A stretch of 64,000 bases of DNA from the human T2T-CHM13v2.0 reference genome, Homo sapiens: assembly GCF_009914755.1 (NCBI RefSeq), contig NC_060927.1. One strand, given 5' to 3'. The notes below the pieces were generated by a model, which ran no database searches, was not told the origin of the DNA, and saw only the letters and a list, made by a program, of their open reading frames with translations. Shown here piece by piece: positions 1-16,400 of this stretch. Position 1 is the stretch's first letter. Every line of letters starts with the position of its first letter. A program made the translations under genes and the position numbers.

Positions 1-618
1 TGTAAACTAGTTCAACCATTGTGGAAGTCAGTGTGGCGATTCCTCAGGGATCTAGAACAAGAAATACCATTTGACCCAGCCATCCCACTACTGGGTATAT
101 ACCCAAAGGATTATAAATCATGCTGCAATAAAGACACGTGCACACCTATGTTTATTGCAGCACTATTCACAATAGCAAAGACTTGGAACCAACCCAAATG
201 TCCAACAATGGTAGACTGGATGAAGAAAATGTGGCACATATACACCATGGAATACTATGCAGCCATAAAAAATGATGAGTTCATGTCCTTTGTAGGGACA
301 TGGATGAAGCTGGAAACCATCATTCTCAGTAAACTATCGCAAGGACAAAAAACTAAACACCGCATGTTCTCACTCATAGGTGGGAATTGAACAATGAGAA
401 CACATGGACACAGGAAGGGGAACATCACACACCGGGGCCTGTTGTGGGGTGGGGGCAGGGGGGAGGAATAGCATTAGGAGATATACCTAATGTTAAATGA
501 TGAGTTAATGGGTGCAGCACACCAACATGGCACATGTATACATATGTAACTAACCTGCACGTTGTGCACATGTACCCTAAAACTTAAAGTATAATTTAAA
601 AAATTTAAAAAAAAAAAC
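1..618 (+). mobile_element. L1PA 3' end (ORF2 C-terminus, 3'UTR, A tail)
   Basis: ORF 19..390 is ORF2p C-terminal-like sequence; G-rich 3'UTR ending cttaaagtataat plus poly(A). Confidence 0.92.
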
Positions 619-619
619 A

Positions 620-1755
<1,136 letters not shown>

Positions 1756-3504
1756 AAAAGCACTAAAAAGTATTACAATCTTTAAAGTAAGATCAAACAC
1801 AGGAGATAGAGTCAGCAGTTCCAAAGTAATACAAACATATGGAAACTTTCCCCCTCCCCAGGTGTATTTTTGTTGTTTGATTTCCCTCAGCACAGCAGCG
1901 ATTTATAAAATGTTTCAGATAGCCCAGGAGAATTCAATGTTATTAAAACAAAAATTTAAGTCTGTTAATACTGAACTAGGTTTCCTAGAGATGCATTAAC
2001 AACATTCCTCTCCATTATAGTAAGAAGGCCTAAATTTCCTCAACTATGAGATAAGGCCAATGCTACTTACATCTCACAGACTTATGAAAATTAAATAAAA
2101 CAGTTTAGGCTTAGCCTAATGCCTAACATATAATAAGTATTTAATAGATATTAGCTGCCGTAATTATAAATAGAGGGTTTTCAGTTCCAAACTGATATTG
2201 CTCATGTACTCTTATGACTGATATGCCAAATAATTAGTGGAGTAGGAAGAACAGCATAATTTGATTTAAAAAAAAATACGCTACAAGAGAACTAAATCTG
2301 TAGATACAAATTATGTAAGCTCATTGATAGTAAAAATGAGATCAAGCGAGGAATAAAGAATCCCATTAAAAGAGAAAAACCAAACTGGTTCTCTTCTAAA
2401 AATAATCTGCCCAAGAGAATTTTACAAAATTCTTGTGCTGTGAAGCAAATACATCATAATTTCTCATTCCTGTTGTTTTGAACCAAGTCACTTCCTAATT
2501 CTGCCTGCTAACTTAACTGTCATAATCCAGTTTCATCTAAATAACTCATCATGTTCTATCCCACCTTAGTTTCCAGATATTCTAGATATCCTAACCATCC
2601 CATTTCACCTACCTTTTAGAAGTAGAACATTCAGAAAAAGGTTAAGAATCAAAAGCTCCAGAACTTTCAGTAGAAAAAAACTAAAGTATAGACAAGATGC
2701 CTGCTCCTAGCTTAAGACAACTAGGATTTGGAAATGACTCAGGTCCTTTCTACCATACAACAGAGATACTTTTTTAAATTCCACTTTTTAATATTCATAC
2801 ACATTCCCCGGAAATATTTTATGAACATTTTAACATTGTGAATTTGAACTAATTATGTATTAATACAGATAATTAGTTATATATATAAAAGACATATATG
2901 TGTCTTTGGTACAAAATTTTGAAATGATACAAAGCCCTCTAGATTTTAAAAATCTGTCAAAAATCACATTCTATTATTCAAAAATTGGCTGAGTAAACTA
3001 TAAAACTAATTAATTACACTATTGCCTGTTGGCTACATCACTTTTATCAGTTTAAAAAATACATCATTTTCCTTTGTCAGGATCACGTCAACCACATTGT
3101 TCTTTATCAAGAAGATGGTGATTTGGGTCATTATTGTATTTTTAATTCAATTTCTACTGCTATTGAATTTTAAAATCTTTTTATCCCCTAACAATATCAT
3201 TAAGTGTATATTAAATAGATGTTATAATGTTAATGCTGTGACCATGCCTGAAAATCACTAACTCTGGAACAGAAGTCAGATGTCGTAAATTCTATAAGGA
3301 AGGCCAAACAATTATCTTTTTATGCTAGGCTGATAATTTAGCAGAAAATAAACTGAAAAAAATATTAGAGATAATGCCAGAAAACTAAAAAACAAAATTA
3401 AAATAATAATATGTAACAAAATTATTGATTGTTATCCCAAAGAACCTGTGCCCACCACTTTACAAGCATTCTTATGGAAAAGTGAGATTTAAATAATATA
3501 AGTA

Positions 3505-3653
3505 TTTTTTAAATTTTACTTTTATTAGTTTTTTGTAGAGATGGTGTTTCGCCATGTTGCCTAAGCCGTACTTGAACTCCTGCACTCAAGTGATCCACCT
3601 GCCTTGGTCTCCCAAAGTGCTGGGACTACAGGTGTGAGCCACTGCGCCTGGCC
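3505..3653 (-). mobile_element. FLAM-type Alu monomer
   Basis: Single left-arm Alu with T-rich tail, abutting the BTF3 retrocopy tail. Confidence 0.8.
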
Positions 3654-3667
3654 TTAATGATATAAGC

Positions 3668-4559
<892 letters not shown>

Positions 4560-5241
4560 AATGATGTATGTTGTGAAGCATGCAAAGTCTTCAGGATATG
4601 TCTCCCATAAGATAAAACAACTTTGTATGTGCAAACCTTTCCGAAAATGTGGCTTGGTTTTTATTAATTAAAAATTACCATTCCTTTACTTCTAGCATTC
4701 CATCTCTCAAACCAAGTATAATTATTTATGTAAATCTTTTTGGGAAACCAAGTCTGAAAACTGAGTGTGTGCTTGTTCTAAGGATGAAAGCATCATCATT
4801 GCATCAATAGACCTGCCTTATTCACCTTGACAATTTATCCATGGTATGGTAATAATGTCAAAAGGCTCATAAACTGCTATGGAGTCACCAATATATGTTT
4901 ATATTTCCTACACACAATTTACCTGAAAAGGGAGAATTAGACTAAGTAGTTTATAGAAGTACTTTGACATAAATTCAAGGACCCCAATGAGTCTTCTAAA
5001 TTTGTGTGACTTTCCAATAATTATAATTTGCTATTGTCATTTTTTCATTCACTATGTTAAAAAGAAAATTCAATACTCTTTTTAAAATAACTTTCTAATA
5101 ATTGATTTATGTCCAATTCTGAAATGCTCTAAATTATTTCCAGTAACAACTGTAATTTGAATCCTCCAGATATTTAATTCCCCTATACAAATAATTTAAC
5201 ACTATGACTATAGGACCATAGTTGCTAAACAGAGCATTTTT

Positions 5242-5337
5242 GGCTGGCCCAAGTACAGAGGTGTTTACAACCAGTTGATTACAAGTTGCAGATGTCTGTT
5301 TCTGCCCCACTCCCACTGCTTCATTTGACTAGCCTTT
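5242..5337 (+). pseudogene. Y3 RNA (RNY3) retropseudogene with A-rich tail
   Basis: GGCTGGCCCAAGTACAGAGGTGTTTACAACCAGTTGATTACAA...CCACTCCCACTGCTTCATTTGACTAGCCTTT resembles recalled hY3; followed by an A-rich tail. Confidence 0.88.
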
Positions 5338-5666
5338 AAAAAATAAAAAAGAAGAAGCAGCAGAAATGGAACACCCTTTCTCACTGCTGATCGCAAACAA
5401 TGATTCAATCATCATTATCAGTCTATGTATAACTCTTGCATTATCAGCGAAAGCTTATCAAGATGTTCCAAATGCACAAAAACAAGGGAGTTAAGATACT
5501 TAAAATCACAGCAAGTTAGAGACTGAAAGAATCTTAGAGTCCACTGAATTCAAACCTTCTATTTTAAACATGTGGTCATAATTGAGAACCAACAAGCTTA
5601 AATGAATCATTTATGGTCAACTTTATAGGTTAAGCCCATACTATGTCGCACACACACATATCTTAC

Positions 5667-5764
5667 CTTTCTGGTGATGACTTGGAAGTAACAGGACACC
5701 CTCGGATATGTTTTTTATTTTTATGGTCTAGAGAGATGACTTTATTCCTTAGGCTTCTTTCCCA
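5667..5764 (-). CDS. SENP7: SENP7 coding exon 4 (98 nt; [32 protein letters not shown] + AG)
   Basis: tttttcctag|TGGGAA...CCAGAAAG|gtaaga. Continues the frame; the gene continues beyond position 1. Confidence 0.95.
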
Positions 5765-6379
5765 CTAGGAAAAAAAAAATGAAATTTTAATAATAAACAT
5801 ATCAATATGACAAGAGGCATTTAAACTGTTCTTTTTTATTTGGAAATTTGTTATAAACGATCAAATACATAGTTCACAGAGAAAAATAATAAGTGCAATC
5901 TATGGAATATCTGGCTCTTTTACTAATGCATAAATGTAAGTCCACCAAAAAATACTAGGAAGACATTTTAAAGTACCAAGGTAACTTTAATCAAAAAATC
6001 AACACTTTGAGATTCCAAAGCTTAAACAGCTATTAAAATCTGGAATGTACTTAAAGGAATAAAAATTATTACATAGAAGGTTAAATAGGGCCTATGATTC
6101 TAAAGTAACTGTACTTATAACAATTGAAAGATATTAAAATTAGTTACCTAGGAACTGCCATGTGGAAAATTTTAGGAAAGAGCCGGACACCTTATTGACA
6201 GAGTTTAGATTAAATATGACTAGAATAAAAGGTTCAAATTAATTTATTTAATACACAGTGTTAGCCTAGGCAAATAAGTCATTTATATTCTCTATGCCTT
6301 AGTTTCTTTATCTGAAAAGGGATATAGTAACAGTAGCTACCTCACAAAGATATACAATGATTACATCTGTATTAAGTTT

Positions 6380-8925
<2,546 letters not shown>

Positions 8926-8980
8926 AGCATATGACTAAATCTCCAGTAAGAAATACAGCATTAAGAAACCACTAAGAATA

Positions 8981-9599
<619 letters not shown>

Positions 9600-9794
9600 C
9601 TAAGAATAAAGGAAAAGACTGATAAACTACATTCATCAAAATCAAATATTTCTGCTCATCAAAAGACATACAATTAAGAAATAAAACAGCTACAGATTGA
9701 AAGTATTTGCAATACACATACTGACAACAGACTCATATCCTTATTATACAAAGAATTCCTACACATCAATAACAAAGACTAAAAACTCAGACTT

Positions 9795-10072
9795 GAGCCA
9801 GGTACAGTGGCTTATGCCTGTAATCCCAACACTTTGGGAGGCTGAGGCAGGAAGATCACTTGACGTCAGAAGTTTGAGACCAGTCTGATAAATACAGTGA
9901 GACCCTATGTCTACAATAAAGGTCGTGGCACATGTCTGTAGTCCCAGCTACTCAGAAGGCTGAGGCAGGAGGATCACTTGAGCCTAGGAGTTTGAGGCTG
10001 CAGTGAGCTATAATCGTACCACTGCAGTCAGGCCTCGGTGACACAGCAAAACCATGTATCATAAATAAATAA

Positions 10073-10125
<53 letters not shown>

Positions 10126-10160
10126 CACATATATATATATATATACACACACATATAAAA
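9795..10160 (+). mobile_element. AluJ whose tail has expanded into a (TAAA)n(TA)n(CA)n microsatellite (~10062-10156)
   Basis: Alu body, TSD aaaaactcaga and a long TA repeat. Confidence 0.88.
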
Positions 10161-10486
10161 TAAAAACTCAGATTTAAAAAATGAGCAAGAATTCTACTTG
10201 AAATAAAATGGAATAAGAATAATCTTCTCTGCTTCTCCCACTGAGTGCAACTAAGAATTCTAGACAGACTTCATGGAGAAGCTATCTTAGGACCCTGAAG
10301 AGTATATGCTAAGAATGACATTGGTGAACTCAAAGTAATACCAAACCTGCAATCTAACCAAGACCCAGAGACCTGCAACTTAATATTCAAAATGTCCAGG
10401 ATATAATCCAAAAACTGCTTGGCATATAAAAAGCCTAGGAAATCTCAACAACTCACAAAAGATGAGTATCAAGAGCAGCCAAGTAG

Positions 10487-10853
<367 letters not shown>

Positions 10854-11026
10854 GGAAAAAGCTTTAAAGTGGCTATTATACTGTTCTCTGAGAGGATGAA
10901 CTCTCTGAAAGAAGTAAAAAGACAGAAAATCTCAACAGAGGAACAAAATTAAAAAAGAAACAAATGGCAATTTGAGAACTACAAAGTAACATGACCAAAT
11001 TTTAAAAAGCACTGAATGGCCTAAAG

Positions 11027-11552
11027 CAGGAGTCCCTAACCCCAGGCCATGGACTGGTATTGGTCCACGGCCTGTTAGGAACCAGGCCGCACAGCAGGAG
11101 GTGAGCGGCAAGTGAGCAACTGAAACTTCACCTGTATTTACAGCCACTCCCCATTACTCACATTACCACCTGAGCTCCACCACCTGTCAGGTAAGTGGCA
11201 GCATTAGATTCTCAAAGCACAAACCCTATTGTGAACTGTGCATATGAGTGATACTGGTTGCATGCTCCTTATGAGAATCTAATGACTGATGATCTGTTAC
11301 TGTCTCCCATCACCTCCAGATGGGATCATCTAGTTGCAGGAAATCAAGCTCAGGTCTCCCACTGATTCTACATTATGGTAAGTTGTATATTTATTTAATT
11401 ATATACTACAATGTAATAATAACAGAAATAAAGTGCACAATAAATGTAACATGCTTGAATCATTCCAAAACCATCCCACCTGCCCCACTACCTGGATCCA
11501 TAGAAAAATTGTCTTCCATGAAACCTGATGCCAAAAAGGTTGGGGACCGCTG
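11027..11552. mobile_element. MER1A-type hAT/Charlie non-autonomous DNA transposon
   Basis: TIRs CAGGAGTCCCTAACC...GGTTGGGGACCGCTG; 8-bp TSD gcctaaag/gcctaaaa; about 526 bp. Confidence 0.88.
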
Positions 11553-13437
11553 GCCTAAAAAGCAGAAAGGAGACTAAAAAGGGGTAAGTGGATCTGGAAA
11601 TAGATAGACCAATAGAAATATTCAATCTGAAGAACAGAAAGGAAACAGATGCTTATGTAAATTTAATGTTATGCTTTATTTAAAAAAGAATGAAAATACA
11701 TTATAACAAAAAACTTAAAGTGGCCCACCCACCACTACTGGCACCCACACATGTCATCCGGAGAAACAAAAATCAATCCACATTCCTCAATGTCACCAAT
11801 GTACATCATCAGGGTTCCTAGGGAACAACCTACCCACCTACTGCTACCAAGACCCACACACACCATTAGGGGGGTGGAGGGGGCATGAAGGGAGACCCAC
11901 TCTGCCCACCATCAGCACCTGTGCACATCATCCTCCAGAGGCCTAGGGATCAATCCACCCCCCTCACCCCCGCCACTGGCTCAGACACATGCCTTCCAAA
12001 AACCTGAGGACAAGCCAGCTCCACCTATAGCTGCCACTGCCATTGCCTACACAAATCATTTAGAGGTCTGGGGATTGGCTCAACACACCCAGCCATACTG
12101 GCATCCACACACACCACTCAGGCAACTAATGACAAGTCCACCTAGCCCACTGCCATTACTACTGGTGCTTAAGGAACAGCCCACCTGGAGTCCTCATGCT
12201 CAGCAAAGCCTCACCATGGCTGCCATTAACAAAAGCAGTCTGCATCACTTAGGAACTGTGACACTGCTGACATGAGTTACAATCCAAAAAATCATAAAAG
12301 ATTACATGACTGTGTCTATGTAAAAATCAGACAAACCACTTCACAGAACCAGCACTATAAATATATCTATAGGAAAAAGTTTTTCCCTACCAATGTTAAT
12401 GGTAAATTGGAAGAAAACAGCTGTTGAAATAAACACAGACACTAACAAAAAGACATGAGAAACATGAAAAAGCAAGGAAACAAGACACCTCCAAAGAAAC
12501 AAAATAATTTTCCAATAAGAGACCCATAAGAAAAGGAAATGTATGGAATGCTGGAAAAAAAATCAAAATTCTGATACAAAAGAAACTAAGTGAGATATTT
12601 TTTAAAAAGTAAATAATCCAAAAAATTATGAAAACAATTTATGATCTCGATTAGAAATTCAACAAAGATTGATATCATTTAAAACGTCCTACAACTGAAG
12701 ATTTCAATGAAATATAAAATACAGTTGAGAGCCTCAACAATAGACAAAATTAAGCAGAAGAATTTCTGAACTTGAAAACAGATTTTTAAAAAAATAACCC
12801 ATTCAGACATAACAGTAAAAAACAACTTTAAAAAATGAAGAAAGCCTACATAACATATGAGATGCCATAAAGCGACCAAATATTCAAATTATGGGAGTTT
12901 CAGAAGAAAGAGAAATGGAAGAAAACATTTGAAAAAAATAATAGCTGAAAACTTCCCAAGTCTTGCAAAAGACAAAAACATGAAGATACAGGAGTACAAA
13001 ATTCCTCAAATAGATTCAATCCATAAAAGGCTTCTACAAGGTATATCATAGTCAAACTGTGAAAAGTCAAAGACACAATTCTAAAAATAGCAAGAAAAAT
13101 ATCAAATCACACATAAGAAAATCCCCATAAGATTAAAAACAAATTTCTCAGCAGAAACCTTACAGGCATATGATGATATATTACAAGTGCTGAAAATAAA
13201 ATGTCAGTCAATAATACCAGATCCACAAACCTATCCTTCAAAAATGAAGGACAAATAACATCTTTCCCAGACAAGCAAAAGCTAAGGGAATTTATCACAC
13301 TACACTACAAAAATGCTTAATAGAGTCTTAAAACTCTCAAAGAAACACACAAAAGTATAAAACTCAATAGTAGAGCAGACACACAAATAAGACAGAGAAT
13401 GGAGTCACATGTTATCACTACAAAAAGCCACAAAATC

Positions 13438-16400
13438 GGGCATTCCAAGATGGCTAAATAGGAACAGCTCCAGTCTGCGGCTCCCAGCATGATTGACGCA
13501 GAAGATGGGTGATTTCTGCATTTCCAACTTCGGTACCTGGTTCATCTCACTGGGACTGGCTGGACAGTAGGTGCAGCTCACAGAGGGCAAGCTGAAGCAG
13601 GGCGGGGAGTCGCCTCACCCGGGAAGTGCAAGGAGTCAGGGGACTTCCCTTTCCTAGCCAAGGGAAGCTGTGACAGGCTACGTGGAAAAATGGGACAGTC
13701 CCGCCCAAATACTGCACTTTTCCCAAGGTCTTAGCAACCAGCAGACAAGGTGATTCTCTCCCCGTGCCTGGCTCGGCAGGTCCCACGCCCACAAAGCCTT
13801 GCTCACTGCTAGCACAGCACTCTGAGATCAAACTGCAAGATGGCAGCCTGGCTGGGGGAGGGGCATCCGCCATTGCTGAGGCTTGAGTAGGTAAACAAAG
13901 TGGCCGGGAAGCTAGAACAGGGCAGAGCCCACCACAGTTCAACAAGGCCTACTGCCTCTAGACTCCACCTCTGCGGGCAGGGCATGGCTGAACAAAAGGC
14001 AGCAGACAACTTCTGCAGATGTAAACGTCCCTGTCTGACAGCTCTGAAGAGAGCAGTGGTTCTCCCAGCACAGCGTTTGAGCTTTGAGAACAGACAGACT
14101 GCCTCCTCAAGTGGGTCAATGACCCCAGTGTAGCCTAACTGGGAGACGCCTCCCATTAGGGGATGACAGACACCTCATATAGGTGGCTGCCCCTCTGGGA
14201 CGAAGCTTCCAGAGGAAGGATCAGGCAGCAATATTTGCTCTTCTGCAATATTTGCTGTTCTGCAGCCTCCATTGGTGATACCCAGGCAAACTGGGCCTGG
14301 AGTGGACCTCCAGCAAACTCCAACAGACCTGCAGCTGAGGGACCTGACTGTTAGAAGGAAAACTAACTAACAGAGAGGAATAGCATCAACATCAACAAAA
14401 AGGTCATCTACACCAAAACCTCATCTGTAGGTCACCAACATCAAAGACCAAAGGTAGATAAAACCACAAAGGGGGAGAAACTAGAGCAGAAAAGCTGAAA
14501 ATTCTAAAAATCGGAGCACCTCGTCTCCTCCAAAGGATCACAGCTCCTCACCAGCAACGGAACAAAGCTGGATGGAGAATGACTTTGACGAGCTGACAGA
14601 AATAGGCTTCAGAAGATCAGTAATAACAAACTATTCCAAGCTAAAGAAGGATGTTTGAACCCATCGCAAGGAAGCTAAAAACCTTGAAAAAACATTAGAC
14701 AAATGGCTAACTAGAATAAAGAGTGTAGAGAAGATTTTAAATGACCTCATGGAGGTGAAAACCATGGCACGAGAGCTTCGTGACACATGCACAAGCTTCG
14801 ATAGACAATTCAGTCAAGTGGAAGAAAGGGTATCAGTGATTGAAGATCAGATTAATGAAATAAAGCAAGAAGACAAGGTTAGAGAAAAAAGAGTAAAAAG
14901 AAACAAACAAAGCCTCCAAGAAATATGGGACTATGTGAAAAGACCAAATCTACATTTGATTGCTGTACCTGAAAGTGATGGAGAGAATGTAACCAAGTTG
15001 GAAAACACTCCTCAGGATATTATCCAGGAGAACTTCCCCAACTTAGCAAGGCAGGCCAACATTCAAATTCAGGAAATACAGAGAACACCACAAAGATACT
15101 CTGTGAGAAGAGCAACCCCAAGACGCATAATTGTCAGATTCACCAAGGCTGAAATGAAGGGAAAAGTGTTAAGGGCAGCCAGAGAGAAAGGTCGAGTTAC
15201 TCACAAAGGGAAGCCCATCAAACTAATGGTGGATCTCTCGGAAGAAACCCTATAAGCCAGAAGAGAGTGGGGGCCAATATTCAACATTCTCAAAGAAAAG
15301 AATTTTCAATCCAGAATTTAATATCCAGCCAAACTAAGCTTCATAAGTGAAGGAGACATAAAATCCTTTACAGACAAGCAAATGCTGAGAGATTTCGTCA
15401 CTACCAGGCCTGCCTTACAAGAGCTCCTGAAGGAAGCACTAAACATGGAAAGAAACAACCGGTACCAACCACTGCAAAAACATGCCAAATTGTAAACACC
15501 ACCAGTGCTATGAAGAAACTGCATAAATTAACGGGCAAAATAACCAGCGAACATCATAATGACAGGATCAAATTCACACTAACAATATTAACCTTAAATG
15601 TAAATGGGCTAAATACCCCAATTAAAAGACACAGACTGGCAAATTGGATAGAGTCACTGATGGGAAGACCCATTAGTGTGCTGTATTCAGGAGACCCATC
15701 TCACGTGCAAAGACGCACTTAGGCTCAAAATAAAGGGATGGAGGAAGATCTACCAAGCAAATGGAAAGCAAAAAAAAAGCAGGGGTTGCAATCCTAGTCT
15801 CTGATAAACAGACTTTAAACCAACAAAGATCAAGAGACAAAGAAGGCCATTACATAATGGTAAAGGGATCAATTCAACAAGAAGAGCTAAGTATCCTAAA
15901 TATATACACACCCAATAAAGGAGCACCCAGATTCATAAAGCAAGTCCTTAGAGAATACAGGAGCACCCAGATTCATAAAGCAAGTCCTTAGAGACCTACA
16001 AAGAGACTTACACCCCCACACAACAATAATGAGAGACTTTAACACACCACTGTCAATATTACACAGATAAACGAGACAGATGGTTAATAAGGATATCCAG
16101 GACTTGAACTCAGCTCTGCAACAAACAGACCTAATAGACATCTACAGAACTTTCCACCCCAAATCAACAGAATATACATTCTTCTCAGCACCACATCACA
16201 CTTATTCTAAAATTGACCACATAATTCGAAGTAAAGCACTCCTCAGCAAATGTAAAAGAACAGAAATCACAACAAACTGTCTCTCAGACCACAGTGCAAT
16301 CAAATTAGATGTCAGAATTAAGAAACTCATTCAAAACCACACAACTACATGGAAAGTGAACAACTTGCTCCTGAATGACTACTATGTAAGTAACAAAATG

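Noticed and set aside
9952-10152. YI-repeat ORF
   Set aside because: Translation of a (TA)n microsatellite in an Alu tail.
11720-12200. Repeat-spacer-like periodicity suggesting a CRISPR-like array
   Set aside because: Units are degenerate, lie in an L1 5'UTR in human DNA, and have no identical repeats or cas genes.
13670-13780. The two canonical ORF0 splice donors
   Set aside because: They appear degraded here (CAG|GCACGG and CAC|GTAGCC); only the donor at 13618 looks strong.
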